The position numbers were made by a program, and so were the translations under genes. Shown here one piece after another: positions 48,562-57,841 of a DNA stretch of 64,000 nucleotides; the first letter of the stretch is position 1, and every line of letters begins with the position of its first letter. The stretch lies in IMG/VR virus record IMGVR_UViG_3300044957_000729; one strand, given 5' to 3'. The notes under the pieces were generated by a model. That model saw only the letters and a list, made by a program, of their open reading frames with translations, searched no databases and had not been told where the DNA came from. The stretch is from a virus.

Positions 48562-49017
48562 TTATTCGTTACTAGAAGATAAATTTCTACTAAATCTACT
48601 AAAGTTGTTGTCTATGATAATTCCATAACGAACCATCCCGTTTTCTTTGGTAGCAGTTGCACAGAATTCTGTAAATCCACATCTTTTTAAAGCTGCATCA
48701 TCCATATACAAAACTTTTTTAAGGTATTCCTTGTAAGCTGCAACTAATTTTTTGGCTTCTGCCTTTTCCTCGTTGGCTGTGTTTACCATGCCTCCTTCTT
48801 TAGTTCCGTAGCAATCTGGATACCCTGCCTCTGCCTGACTTGTAGCTCTTGTAGCAAAATTTAATGTTGTATCCAATGTCATACCTGGAAATTGCTTATA
48901 CATTTCAGAGATTAGCAGACTCTCGAATTTTTCAACTTTAAAGTTGTTGGCTTTTTGTGCTTTCAATCCTGTTACTGATACCAGGCTGACAGCTAAGATT
49001 AAAAATAGATTTTTCAT
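48562..49017 (-). CDS. Secreted/periplasmic protein (signal peptide, Gln at +1) under an early-type promoter
   Basis: MKNLFLILAVSLVSVTGLKA-QKANN. Confidence 0.65.
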   Translation of the reverse strand: MKNLFLILAVSLVSVTGLKAQKANNFKVEKFESLLISEMYKQFPGMTLDTTLNFATRATSQAEAGYPDCYGTKEGGMVNTANEEKAEAKKLVAAYKEYLKKVLYMDDAALKRCGFTEFCATATKENGMVRYGIIIDNNFSRFSRNLSSSNE

Positions 49018-49083
49018 AACTTTATTTTTTTAATTGTTAGACCACTTAAATGTAGAGCATAACCTATAATAAAAAAAAGGATT
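49011..49083. repeat. ~74-bp direct repeat, copy 2
   Basis: Near-identical to 47098-47171. Confidence 0.9.
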
Positions 49084-49151
49084 TCTAAAAAAATAAAGCC
49101 ACACAAAAAAAGGCCCCTTTCAGGCCCTTTTAGTAGTTTGGTTAGGGTTGA

Positions 49152-49433
49152 TTAAGCGTTAGCCCAAACAAATCCACCAGCAGTTTTCATGATTCCCCGA
49201 ACCACTTTAGAGATTGAACCAGTGTTAACTCCTGTTGCTCTTTCAGCATCAGACATTGAGTTGTACTTTCTGATTCTTCTCCCTCTTGGAGTAAGCTGGA
49301 TAACTGCAATAGTATTTCTATTACTAGTTTTAGATTTAGTAGCTACTGCCTTAGTAGCTTTAGGAGCTGTTTTAGAAACGGCTCTAACAGTCTTAGCCGT
49401 AGCCTTAACAGTTTTCTTTGTTTTTGTACTCAT
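49152..49433 (-). CDS. Lys/Ala/Thr-rich histone-like tail fused to a NUMOD1 HTH DNA-binding domain
   Basis: MSTKTKKTVKATAKTVRAVSKTAPKATKAV...VIQLTPRG...YNSMSDAERATGV...KTAGGFVW. Confidence 0.7.
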   Translation of the reverse strand: MSTKTKKTVKATAKTVRAVSKTAPKATKAVATKSKTSNRNTIAVIQLTPRGRRIRKYNSMSDAERATGVNTGSISKVVRGIMKTAGGFVWANA

Positions 49434-49533
49434 TTTTTGTTTTTTATGATTATATAATTTATACTCATTTATCATCAAAAAGTTTCATTTAACGCGTTTT
49501 AAAAGCACTTAGGAGTTTGATATATAGATTAGG

Positions 49534-49734
49534 ATGGCAAAGAAAAAAAGACGTATTAAAACGTTTAAAAACTGGCTTCTTGCTAGGGACTCAGCTAGTA
49601 GGATATCCACTAAATCTAATTATATGGGATTTTTTGAATCCCTAGATAAATACAATGATATAAAACACCCCGAGATATTTGAAAATTTTATTAAAAATGA
49701 CAGGCTTGACGAAAAGTTCAACATGAACTCCTAA
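49534..49734 (+). CDS. Small hypothetical protein
   Basis: GATATATA at about 49519; RIKTFKNW motif variant. Confidence 0.45.
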   Translation: MAKKKRRIKTFKNWLLARDSASRISTKSNYMGFFESLDKYNDIKHPEIFENFIKNDRLDEKFNMNS

Positions 49735-50140
49735 TGCTTACCTACGGACGCATAAATTACAACCACGCACTCGAGTACATTAACTTAACACGAACTACGA
49801 ACCGACCACCCCACAACACAAAGCTTGAATAATAGCACTCAACGAATTCGAGGCTATGTACAAAGCCGAACTACGAACCGAAACATTGCCATTTCATTTC
49901 AGCTATAACAAAGGACGAGTGTATTCACCTGCCTCGATGCTACCTCGAGACCTTGAACAATTTACTTACTTTATAGGCTATGAGCACGAAACGAGTATTA
50001 ACCTCGATATGCCGAATTCACAGCTGTGCTTTTTCGACCACCTAATAAATACAAAAATGCACCACATAGGGAAGAGAGTATGCGAGTATGGGAGTTTGAC
50101 CTCGAAAGCGAACCACAACCCTCCTCTCAATAAACTTTAA
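49734..50140 (+). pseudogene. CpG-rich foreign gene fragment with a polymerase-A-like motif
   Basis: Composition shift; broken frames; KGRVYSPASMLPRDL...INLDMPNSQL. Confidence 0.35.
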
Positions 50141-50398
50141 AGTTGATATAACTCAAAATATATGGCTTTATAAATTTAGTGAACTCCAAGTTTATCCCCC
50201 GGTAATAGAATTAAGTAGTGATATGTATGATCTAGGATTAGTTTGGGCTTGGCTCTCTAATAACAAGTTTAGAGTAAAGAATTCAATAGCGGGAGAGTAT
50301 TCATGGCCTATCCCAATACAATCGAATGTTAATAAATCATTTAATAACAATGAGGGTCCTATGAAATTTAATATAACTGAGGACATAAAAAAAATATA

Positions 50399-51409
50399 TC
50401 AAGATCTAGTTTTTCTCCTTTTTTTGATATCAGTTTTCTTCTTATATGAAACTTTAGCCTGTCCTATCCTGTCTATAGTAAATTTGTTTAACTCTTCAAA
50501 TACTATGTACTGAAAGGGTTCTTCTTTGTTTTTCGATTCATATATGATTATAGAATCCAATGAGCAGAGAATAAAATACTGTTCCAATGGAATAGGGGCT
50601 AAGTCACCAATACCTAATATGTTATTTACATAGTCATTTAGCTCTTTTTTTTGTATTCTAGATGTTCTATTGGGGTCAATTATCTCGGCTAACCTCACAC
50701 TCAGCAGTCCCCTCCCTAGCCAATTTCTTAAAGAATTCCTTACCATTGAGTAGTTAATGTATTCCCGAGGGGAATCCTTGCTTAATTTAAAGACTATTGT
50801 GTCGTCTGTCTTTGTTTCAAGCTTCCAAATGTTGCTGTTTAGCTCAATATAACCCCTAGGACACAAAAAACTCTCGCAGAAATGTCTTAAACCCTTCCTT
50901 ATATCATTATTATTTACATCTGTTAAGCTCGTAATAAACCCACCCTGTACTAGAGCTTGTATGATTGTCCCTAAATCAGTAAAAAAAGATGTTGCTTCTG
51001 TGAGTCTGAAGTTTTCTCCATAAGATTTTATCTCTATCCTTCTGCTGGAATCTAAGAAAAGCAGATCCGGGTTTCTTTTACCTCCACTGTAACTGTTGCC
51101 CGAGAGTAAAAGACATATTATTTCGCCCGGTCCTAGGTATGAATGACTCCAATCCGAAACGAAATAAAATGTCTTAGTTAATTTCTTGTCCCCCGAGAGA
51201 AACTTATTTAGAACTAATAAAGAATCCTTTAACTGATTTTCCCTGTTTTCTTTTATGAATTCCCAAAAAATCTTAAATGGTTTTTGGTTCTCATTTATGT
51301 GAGAGTAAAAACAGGTTAGAAATCTTTTGGATATAGTTGGACTGATTAATTTGGCCCTGAAATATTCTTCAAATTCCTGTTTGTAAATCTCAACAGTGCT
51401 TCTTCTCAT
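50399..51409 (-). CDS. PD-(D/E)XK nuclease-like protein
   Basis: GPGE...NPDLLF...RIEIKS. Confidence 0.55.
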   Translation of the reverse strand: MRRSTVEIYKQEFEEYFRAKLISPTISKRFLTCFYSHINENQKPFKIFWEFIKENRENQLKDSLLVLNKFLSGDKKLTKTFYFVSDWSHSYLGPGEIICLLLSGNSYSGGKRNPDLLFLDSSRRIEIKSYGENFRLTEATSFFTDLGTIIQALVQGGFITSLTDVNNNDIRKGLRHFCESFLCPRGYIELNSNIWKLETKTDDTIVFKLSKDSPREYINYSMVRNSLRNWLGRGLLSVRLAEIIDPNRTSRIQKKELNDYVNNILGIGDLAPIPLEQYFILCSLDSIIIYESKNKEEPFQYIVFEELNKFTIDRIGQAKVSYKKKTDIKKRRKTRS

Positions 51410-51604
51410 TCATAATATTATATCCAATAAGACATAATAAGTTACAAATCATCCTTTTGCCAGAATGGCTTTTGATATTTCGGTCTTAGTGCTCTCCAAA
51501 TAATCCGATCGTAATTCTTTTTATACCAAATGGGTATTTACTGAGGATTCTTATACTGTATTTCTTTCCTACCATAACAATAAAATTAGATAAAATTAGA
51601 GAAT

Positions 51605-51635
51605 AAAAAAAACCGATTCCTGGGAATCGGTTTTT
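51605..51635. terminator. Terminator-like hairpin
   Basis: AAAAAAAACCGATTCCTGGGAATCGGTTTTT. Confidence 0.7.
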
Positions 51636-51774
51636 GAGAGATATCGAGAAACAGAAAGCCCTAAAGCTTTTGCTGGATGTATTATTTATCCGGTATTTAA
51701 AGAAAAGTTTAAATAAAACAAAAAAACCCCGGACTCCCACAAGAAAAAAGATATATAATAGAAAACTTGAATAG

Positions 51775-52485
51775 ATGAAAGTTAAAAATTATAAGAACTT
51801 TATAAAACTCCAAGAAGTTAGGAGGGAGAAAAAATGCCCAATATTAAGTTTTAAACCAATTAGAGAATCTGAAACATATCAAGATATGATCGGAATGGGA
51901 TGGATTGAGGTGCTAGCAGACAATCCTAAAGGAATTTTAGCGTGGGCAACAGCAGAAGAAAGAAGCCATAAAGATAGAATGGGTAACATCGCATTCTATC
52001 ATCCAGTATTTCAAGGTAGAAGATTAACAAGAAGAGCATCTTCGAATGCACCAGAGGGATATCCACACTTTAACATAAAACACGACGGTGGAGTTAGAGT
52101 TGTTGAGGGTCTTCAAAACAGTGCTGAATTTCCAAGATTAACTACAGATCTAACAAGATCCTGTATGACTATTGAGGATTACCTTTACAAAATGAGTTTT
52201 TTAATAAAATATGCTATGAGAGAACAAGGATTTCCTATCTTAGATATTGAACTCTATAATAATGAATCCTACAAAGATCTTATAAAAAGAAAAATGCAGG
52301 AGGATCCAACAGTAATCAAACATTTCGAAGATGTAGGTGTGCCTTCAGATCCTAGAGAAACAAGTATTGCTGGATCAGAAAAAATATACAAACAAGTTTC
52401 ACTTCCTTCTAGTTTAAAAAAGGATGATTTAGGAAAAGCAGCTGCAATGATGAAGAGGTTTGGAGCATTTGATGGAGATGAATAA
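51775..52485 (+). CDS. Hypothetical capsid-targeted-like protein, paralogue of 39694
   Basis: MKVKNYKNFIKLQE; C-terminus KAAAMMKRFGAF; GATATATA at about 51750. Confidence 0.6.
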   Translation: MKVKNYKNFIKLQEVRREKKCPILSFKPIRESETYQDMIGMGWIEVLADNPKGILAWATAEERSHKDRMGNIAFYHPVFQGRRLTRRASSNAPEGYPHFNIKHDGGVRVVEGLQNSAEFPRLTTDLTRSCMTIEDYLYKMSFLIKYAMREQGFPILDIELYNNESYKDLIKRKMQEDPTVIKHFEDVGVPSDPRETSIAGSEKIYKQVSLPSSLKKDDLGKAAAMMKRFGAFDGDE

Positions 52486-52501
52486 GAGTAGGATCTAAGC
52501 A

Positions 52502-53110
52502 ATGATAGAGATAGCACAGATAATAATAACTGGAATTTTTTCCGTAGTAGTGGCCTTTGGTACCGTTTGGATAAAACACTATCTAGATACTAAAAAAAAA
52601 GCTACTGACGAAGAAAATTATGAGAGAATCTCACAGCAAGACATAGACTCTATGCTGGAAGTTCAGGAATTTCTAGAAGATTTCAGAGAAAAATGGGGGT
52701 TTGATAGAGTAGGTATATTCCAATTTCATAATGGAGGTAAATTTTTTCATGGTATTCCGATGAAAAAATATTCACAGACCTTTGAATCAGTATCCCACGG
52801 AGTTTCTAAGTCTAAAGAACATAATCAGGGCGTGTTTGTAACTGAACACCCATCTCTTATGAAGCATCTTAGCGAGAAAGAGTACTTCTATGTTGATGCA
52901 GAGGATCCTGTTTTAGATTACATCAGAGGAAGAGTAACAGAGGAAGGCATACTACAGATCTTTAGTTCCCCTATAAGAAGCCTTTCTGGGCAACTTATTG
53001 GATTTATTCAGCTACACACGGTTAAACACAAGGTTGAAATGACAGATGAGCTAATAGTTGAGATAATAGATCTAGCTAACAACATCTCCGGATATCTAAT
53101 AAAAAAATGA
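52502..53110 (+). CDS. N-terminal TM helix plus GAF-like domain (possible T4 gpT-type holin)
   Basis: IIITGIFSVVVAFGTVWI TM; DRVGIFQFHNGG...SPIRSLSGQLIGFI. Confidence 0.5.
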   Translation: MIEIAQIIITGIFSVVVAFGTVWIKHYLDTKKKATDEENYERISQQDIDSMLEVQEFLEDFREKWGFDRVGIFQFHNGGKFFHGIPMKKYSQTFESVSHGVSKSKEHNQGVFVTEHPSLMKHLSEKEYFYVDAEDPVLDYIRGRVTEEGILQIFSSPIRSLSGQLIGFIQLHTVKHKVEMTDELIVEIIDLANNISGYLIKK

Positions 53111-53535
53111 CCACAGAATACGAGATAAATTTTTTTACTAAAAGAGGGGGAGAATTAGTTTTTACTCTTGGTATAGAAGGAGGATCCAGAACTAAACTAC
53201 TCTATAATATTATCACTCAAAATTGGGATCAAGGTGGGTATTTCCGAGTTGATGAAGACGATTGGGATGATATAGAATGGAATTTTTTAGATATAATCTG
53301 TGAGAATGTCCCGTATCATCATGAAGATTCAGATGGATATAATAAATTCATCTATAATTTAGAAATGCTTTGTAAATACAATCTTAATATAAGAAGTGTA
53401 TTATCAAAATCAAAATATAATGCTGAGATAAAAGAAAAAGCTATATTAGAAACTCTTTGTGATTGTCTAGTGGAATATTTTGGCTACGAGGCGGCAGGAA
53501 TGGACAGGTTTAAATACAAAATAGTAAAATCATGA
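53107..53535 (+). CDS. Hypothetical protein, paralogue of 53532
   Basis: RTKLLYNIITQNWD versus RSDLLYNILNSRWD. Confidence 0.55.
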   Translation: MTTEYEINFFTKRGGELVFTLGIEGGSRTKLLYNIITQNWDQGGYFRVDEDDWDDIEWNFLDIICENVPYHHEDSDGYNKFIYNLEMLCKYNLNIRSVLSKSKYNAEIKEKAILETLCDCLVEYFGYEAAGMDRFKYKIVKS

Positions 53536-53927
53536 GATATCTATTTCGATTTTCAACAGATCCTGATAAAGACCCTGAGGTATTAAAGATGGTAATAAAA
53601 GCGGATAATAGATCCGACCTACTTTATAATATATTAAATAGCAGATGGGATACTGAACACTTGTATTTTAAAGATGAAGAAATTAATAAGATATTTCGTG
53701 ATATCTTTGGTGGGTTATGGGAGAATTTTGATAAGAAAAAATATGCAGAGGATCGATATGATTTTTTAATGAGATGTCAATTTAAGCTTGATCTTAGAAG
53801 GTTTCTAGGTGAAAACAACGATGGATCTTTAAAAAGGGTATTACATTTATTTGGGCAGGCCGTTTGCTACAATCTTTATATAAAATCTGGGGGTCTTGAT
53901 TACGAGTACGAATTTTTAGAAAGGTAA
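53532..53927 (+). CDS. Hypothetical protein, paralogue of 53107
   Basis: ATGA coupling; shared motif. Confidence 0.55.
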   Translation: MRYLFRFSTDPDKDPEVLKMVIKADNRSDLLYNILNSRWDTEHLYFKDEEINKIFRDIFGGLWENFDKKKYAEDRYDFLMRCQFKLDLRRFLGENNDGSLKRVLHLFGQAVCYNLYIKSGGLDYEYEFLER

Positions 53928-54158
53928 ATCCATAGCAATTAAGAATATGTGCTCCTTGTTAGCATTATACATTGCCATTTTTTCTAGCATCTCTTCTTTA
54001 CCTAACTTATTAAAAAGATAAGATTTATCCCCAATGATACATTCATGGTCCTCATCACCTAGATTATTATCCCACAATTCATAGAAGTATCCTAGAACGT
54101 GATCGTGTCCATATACAAATTCTCTATTTCTCTCTAATTGTATAACGTATCTGCTCAT
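53916..54158 (-). CDS. Hypothetical protein
   Basis: YGHDHVLGYF...MDLPF; coupled to the upstream gene. Confidence 0.55.
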   Translation of the reverse strand: MSRYVIQLERNREFVYGHDHVLGYFYELWDNNLGDEDHECIIGDKSYLFNKLGKEEMLEKMAMYNANKEHIFLIAMDLPF

Positions 54159-54517
54159 TATATCAGTTGTTTTTGTTTGTTTTTAAGCTCGCTATTAAGA
54201 TATTTTGCCAAGACTTGACCATGACAAAAAAAAGTCTTTTCTGATCCATCTGAGGGCTTATTACAACACCAACACCCCAACACTTTACCTCTTAATTCCC
54301 CAATATCTTTTATCAGTCCACTATCTTTTAAGTGTTTTTCGTATCTCTCAATCGCTTCTTTTCTTGAATCTACCTTAAACTTAGCTTGAGTTTTTTCTAG
54401 ATCTTTGTGTGTGTATGGATTAGACCATTTACTAGGCCTACCTATATAAACATCGTGATTGTATTTTTTAAAGTGAACCACGTAAGTTACTCCTTCGATT
54501 CTCTCAAAATTATCCAT
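54158..54517 (-). CDS. DUF4326 family protein
   Basis: DVYIGRPSKWSNPY...ELRGKVLGCWC...CHGQVL. Confidence 0.85.
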   Translation of the reverse strand: MDNFERIEGVTYVVHFKKYNHDVYIGRPSKWSNPYTHKDLEKTQAKFKVDSRKEAIERYEKHLKDSGLIKDIGELRGKVLGCWCCNKPSDGSEKTFFCHGQVLAKYLNSELKNKQKQLI

Positions 54518-54754
54518 AGTGTAAATATAGGAAAAGATATAGTATTAAAAAAACTATTTATCGTAATATGAGGAACACTGTGATATAAGATCACAGCTAA
54601 ATAATGACAGGAATTCTATAGTTAATAAGGCTTTCATGGTTTTGATTACATATCTATGTATTATTAAATACATCATATTATGGTAATTTAAATTAAAGTT
54701 AACGTTATATCGTAAAATAGATTATAACCATATTCATATATAAATTATATTTAT

Positions 54755-55432
54755 ATGAAAAAAAAACTATCCATAATAATACCCTGTAAGAACGAGGAAG
54801 ATATTATTATAAATTCGATAAAATCTATAAATAATCGAAAAAAATACAATATAATTGTTTCAGATTCATCTACTGATAAAACTGTCGAGCTATTAAAAAA
54901 ATTTGACAAGAATATAGTAATAGTTAATGGGGGATTACCAGGTTTTGCTAGAAATCAAGGTGCAATTAAATGCGAAACCCCGTATATTTTGTTTATGGAT
55001 GCAGATATGGATATATCCTCGATAAATCTGGATAAACTTATTAAGGATATGGAGGATAATCAGATATTTCTTTCAACTTGCAAAATAACAGTGAATGAAA
55101 TATTTTATAAATTCCCATATTTTATATTTTCTATAGCTCAGAAGATAATATCTAAAAGAACACCTTTTGCTGTTGGTGGTTTTATGCTTTTCAATAATAA
55201 TGAATTCAAAAGATTAGGGGGATTTAATGTTGATGATGTATTTGCAGAAGATTATCACTTGTCAATGAAAGTTAATCCAAATAAATTTAAAGTTTATTCA
55301 TATAGAATAAAAACTTCAAATAGGAGATTGAAAAACAAGTCAATCTTTTATATGATTAGATTAATGATTCTATGTTGGATTAATAGAAATAATGATAAAT
55401 TTTATAAAAATGATTATAATTACTGGAACTAG
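54755..55432 (+). CDS. GT2 glycosyltransferase
   Basis: SIIIPCKNEE, SSTDKT, ARNQGA, FMDAD, GGFN...AED. Confidence 0.85.
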   Translation: MKKKLSIIIPCKNEEDIIINSIKSINNRKKYNIIVSDSSTDKTVELLKKFDKNIVIVNGGLPGFARNQGAIKCETPYILFMDADMDISSINLDKLIKDMEDNQIFLSTCKITVNEIFYKFPYFIFSIAQKIISKRTPFAVGGFMLFNNNEFKRLGGFNVDDVFAEDYHLSMKVNPNKFKVYSYRIKTSNRRLKNKSIFYMIRLMILCWINRNNDKFYKNDYNYWN

Positions 55433-55435
55433 TAT

Positions 55436-56152
55436 ATGAAAAAATGGAAAACAATAATAATGAGTGATCTTCATTTAGGAGCAAGACAATCCCAAGTTGA
55501 TAAGATATTAAAGTTTCTAAACGAAAATGAATCAGAAATACTAATACTTAATGGAGATATTATAGATGGATGGGCAATTAAATCTGGGGGTAAATGGAAA
55601 AAAGATTGTTCTAAGATTTTTAGAAAATTTATGAAAAGAAGCGAAGATGGAACTAAGGTGATATACATTAGGGGGAACCATGACGATTTTTTAAAACCTT
55701 TTGTTCCTTTCAAAATGAATAATATAGAGATACTTAGAAAATATGTTCATATCGGAATAGATGGTAGGAAGTATTTTTGCTTTCATGGGGATGTCTTAGA
55801 TTTTATAATAATGAAGGTGAGGTGGCTAGCTTTAATAGGAGGATGGTCATATGATTTTATCGTTAGGCTAAATACTATTTATAACTATATTAGAAAAAAA
55901 TTAAATTTGCCATATCACTCATTGGCAAATTCAATAAAACAATCAGTAAAAGGAGCTATCAATTTCGTATCAGATTTTGAAACAAATGCAAAGGGGCTAA
56001 CAAAACAAAAAGGATATGATGTCGCAGTGTGTGGTCATATACATCAGCCTAAAATTGATACAGATTATATGAATTCTGGGGACTTCTGCGAAAATTCGAC
56101 ATGTCTAGTTGAGGATCACTCTGGTAAATGGAGTATAATATTTGTAGTTTAA
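55436..56152 (+). CDS. LpxH-like calcineurin-type metallophosphoesterase (UDP-2,3-diacylglucosamine hydrolase family)
   Basis: SDLHLG, GDIID, GNHD, HGD, GHIH, NSGD. Confidence 0.85.
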   Translation: MKKWKTIIMSDLHLGARQSQVDKILKFLNENESEILILNGDIIDGWAIKSGGKWKKDCSKIFRKFMKRSEDGTKVIYIRGNHDDFLKPFVPFKMNNIEILRKYVHIGIDGRKYFCFHGDVLDFIIMKVRWLALIGGWSYDFIVRLNTIYNYIRKKLNLPYHSLANSIKQSVKGAINFVSDFETNAKGLTKQKGYDVAVCGHIHQPKIDTDYMNSGDFCENSTCLVEDHSGKWSIIFVV

Positions 56153-56249
56153 TTAAACAGAACGAACTAGTCTTGCTTTTATTCTCTCGTATTTATTCTC
56201 TCGTATTTAGGAATGCCCCCATATCTTCTCAATGAGAAATAATATACTC

Positions 56250-56808
56250 TTATTTATCCGTGTTTTCTATTAAAAAATAAAGTTCCTCTGGAAATTCTGG
56301 AATATCCATAATAGAATTGAGATCAAAAACTGATTTTTTTAGGAATTTGTATGATTTTCCATTGAATTTAGAGGGTGAACTAAACGATTTTCCACTAAAA
56401 AGCGCATCAAAATTAATATTTCCGTGTCTAGAAGCATAGATATTTCTAATTTTCCATCCTTTAGGAACTCCAAAATATAAATGAAGACCCCCATTCATAG
56501 TGGTTTTCACTAGATAATCTCCAATTTTTAGAGATTTCTCCTCCAAAATACTCATAAATTCCTCTACCGAATGTGGTGTTCCCTCTATATTTAAGCACAT
56601 AATCCCAGAATCTTTCAAACAGATCCCATAAAATTATACCCCGATAGTTTTCTCTGAAATTTTCTGCAGTATCAACAGAAAAATAAACGGAATTTTTGTG
56701 TAGTTTTCTTATTCCTAACTCTTTTTCTATCTTACATATTTTTGTTTCTATACCTAAGCCGTACCACTTGATACAGTGTCTTAAAATCTCTGATATGTTA
56801 TCTCTCAT
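56250..56808 (-). pseudogene. Frameshifted Prim-Pol (bifunctional primase-polymerase N-terminal) domain
   Basis: Two overlapping frames joined near 56630; GICLKDSGIMCLNIE...VKTTMNGGLHLYF...SPSKFNGKSY. Confidence 0.6.
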
Positions 56809-56978
56809 TTCTATTTTTATAGGGGAAATAGAGTAAAGATTTCAACAAAAAAGCCCCCATTTCTAGGGGCTAGCTGTAAATCGTAGATCTTCTCTACCTT
56901 GTCCTGGGACAATATTTATTAGTTATTCAATAGTATACCCAAGCTCCTCAATCTTACCCAAGAATTTCTTTGTTACAT

Positions 56979-57422
56979 TCATAAAAAAACCCGTTGTTTA
57001 ACCATCAACTTAAATAACCTCTTAGTTGATACATCATCTATAGAACCCACCCAGGATTGACCCCAATCTCCTGATGTGTTAAACATATATTTTCCACCCC
57101 CTTGATATCCAAGCATAATCTTACTCTTTCCATTATTAAATTGAACTGAAGGATGTATCTTAATTCCCCGATCAGATAATCCCAAAGTAATATTACCTCC
57201 ATTATTAAACTGAACGCCCTCGGGAATATCACCTAACTCTTTAATAAAAACATAACCCTTGTTACTAAATATAACACCAGAAGGCAATGCCTTGACATGC
57301 TGAATAGTCACGTTCCACTTATAAGCAAGAACATTTGATCCAGTGATCTCAATCACATCACCAGATAAATTATAAGCGATCTTATCCTGATCTAACTGTT
57401 CTATAAACTCCTCCCTTGTCAT
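56979..57422 (-). CDS. Repeat protein (LPxGVxFxNxG repeats)
   Basis: Three 22-24 aa repeats; C-terminus KRLFKLMVKQRVF. Confidence 0.6.
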   Translation of the reverse strand: MTREEFIEQLDQDKIAYNLSGDVIEITGSNVLAYKWNVTIQHVKALPSGVIFSNKGYVFIKELGDIPEGVQFNNGGNITLGLSDRGIKIHPSVQFNNGKSKIMLGYQGGGKYMFNTSGDWGQSWVGSIDDVSTKRLFKLMVKQRVFL

Positions 57423-57828
57423 ATAAATATACCTTGTTTTATCATCAAGTTCAATAATCTCTTACTACCTATTCCTTCTACATGGGCTTTAAACCATCCT
57501 TCAACTAATGAGCCCAAAACGACATCCCTTGTATTCTTGAACTCCAGCCCAGGGGAATCTTCTTAAATGAGCCCAAAACGATATACCCTTTATTCTTGAA
57601 CTCCACCCCAGGGGGAATCTTCTTTAATGAACCCAATGAACCCAATTCGACATGCCCTTCATTCGAAAACTCCACCCCAGGGGGAAGGACCTCTAATGAG
57701 CCCAAAACGACATGCCCTACATGGGTAACAACTAGCTTATCTGCTTCTTCCCTATAGGAATACCCTCCCTTGTCTCTGTAGGAATACCCTCCCTTGTCTA
57801 ATATTCTCTTAAACTCTTCTTGTGTCAT
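57419..57828 (-). pseudogene. Paralogue of 56979 with a -1 frameshift in a G4 (otherwise G5) tract at 57552-57555
   Basis: Restoring one base gives ...IPPGLEFKNTRDVVLGSL...KRLLNLMIKQGIFI-stop, matching the paralogue end. Confidence 0.7.
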
Positions 57829-57841
57829 ACTCTAATATATC

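Noticed and set aside
47098-49083. The 74-bp repeats as IS ends or an invertible segment
   Set aside because: They are in direct orientation, consist of promoter plus leader, and no transposase or recombinase is nearby
50192-50513. ORFs 50192..50386(-) and 50223..50513(+)
   Set aside because: They overlap each other, show no motif or promoter support, and I cannot tell which, if either, is real
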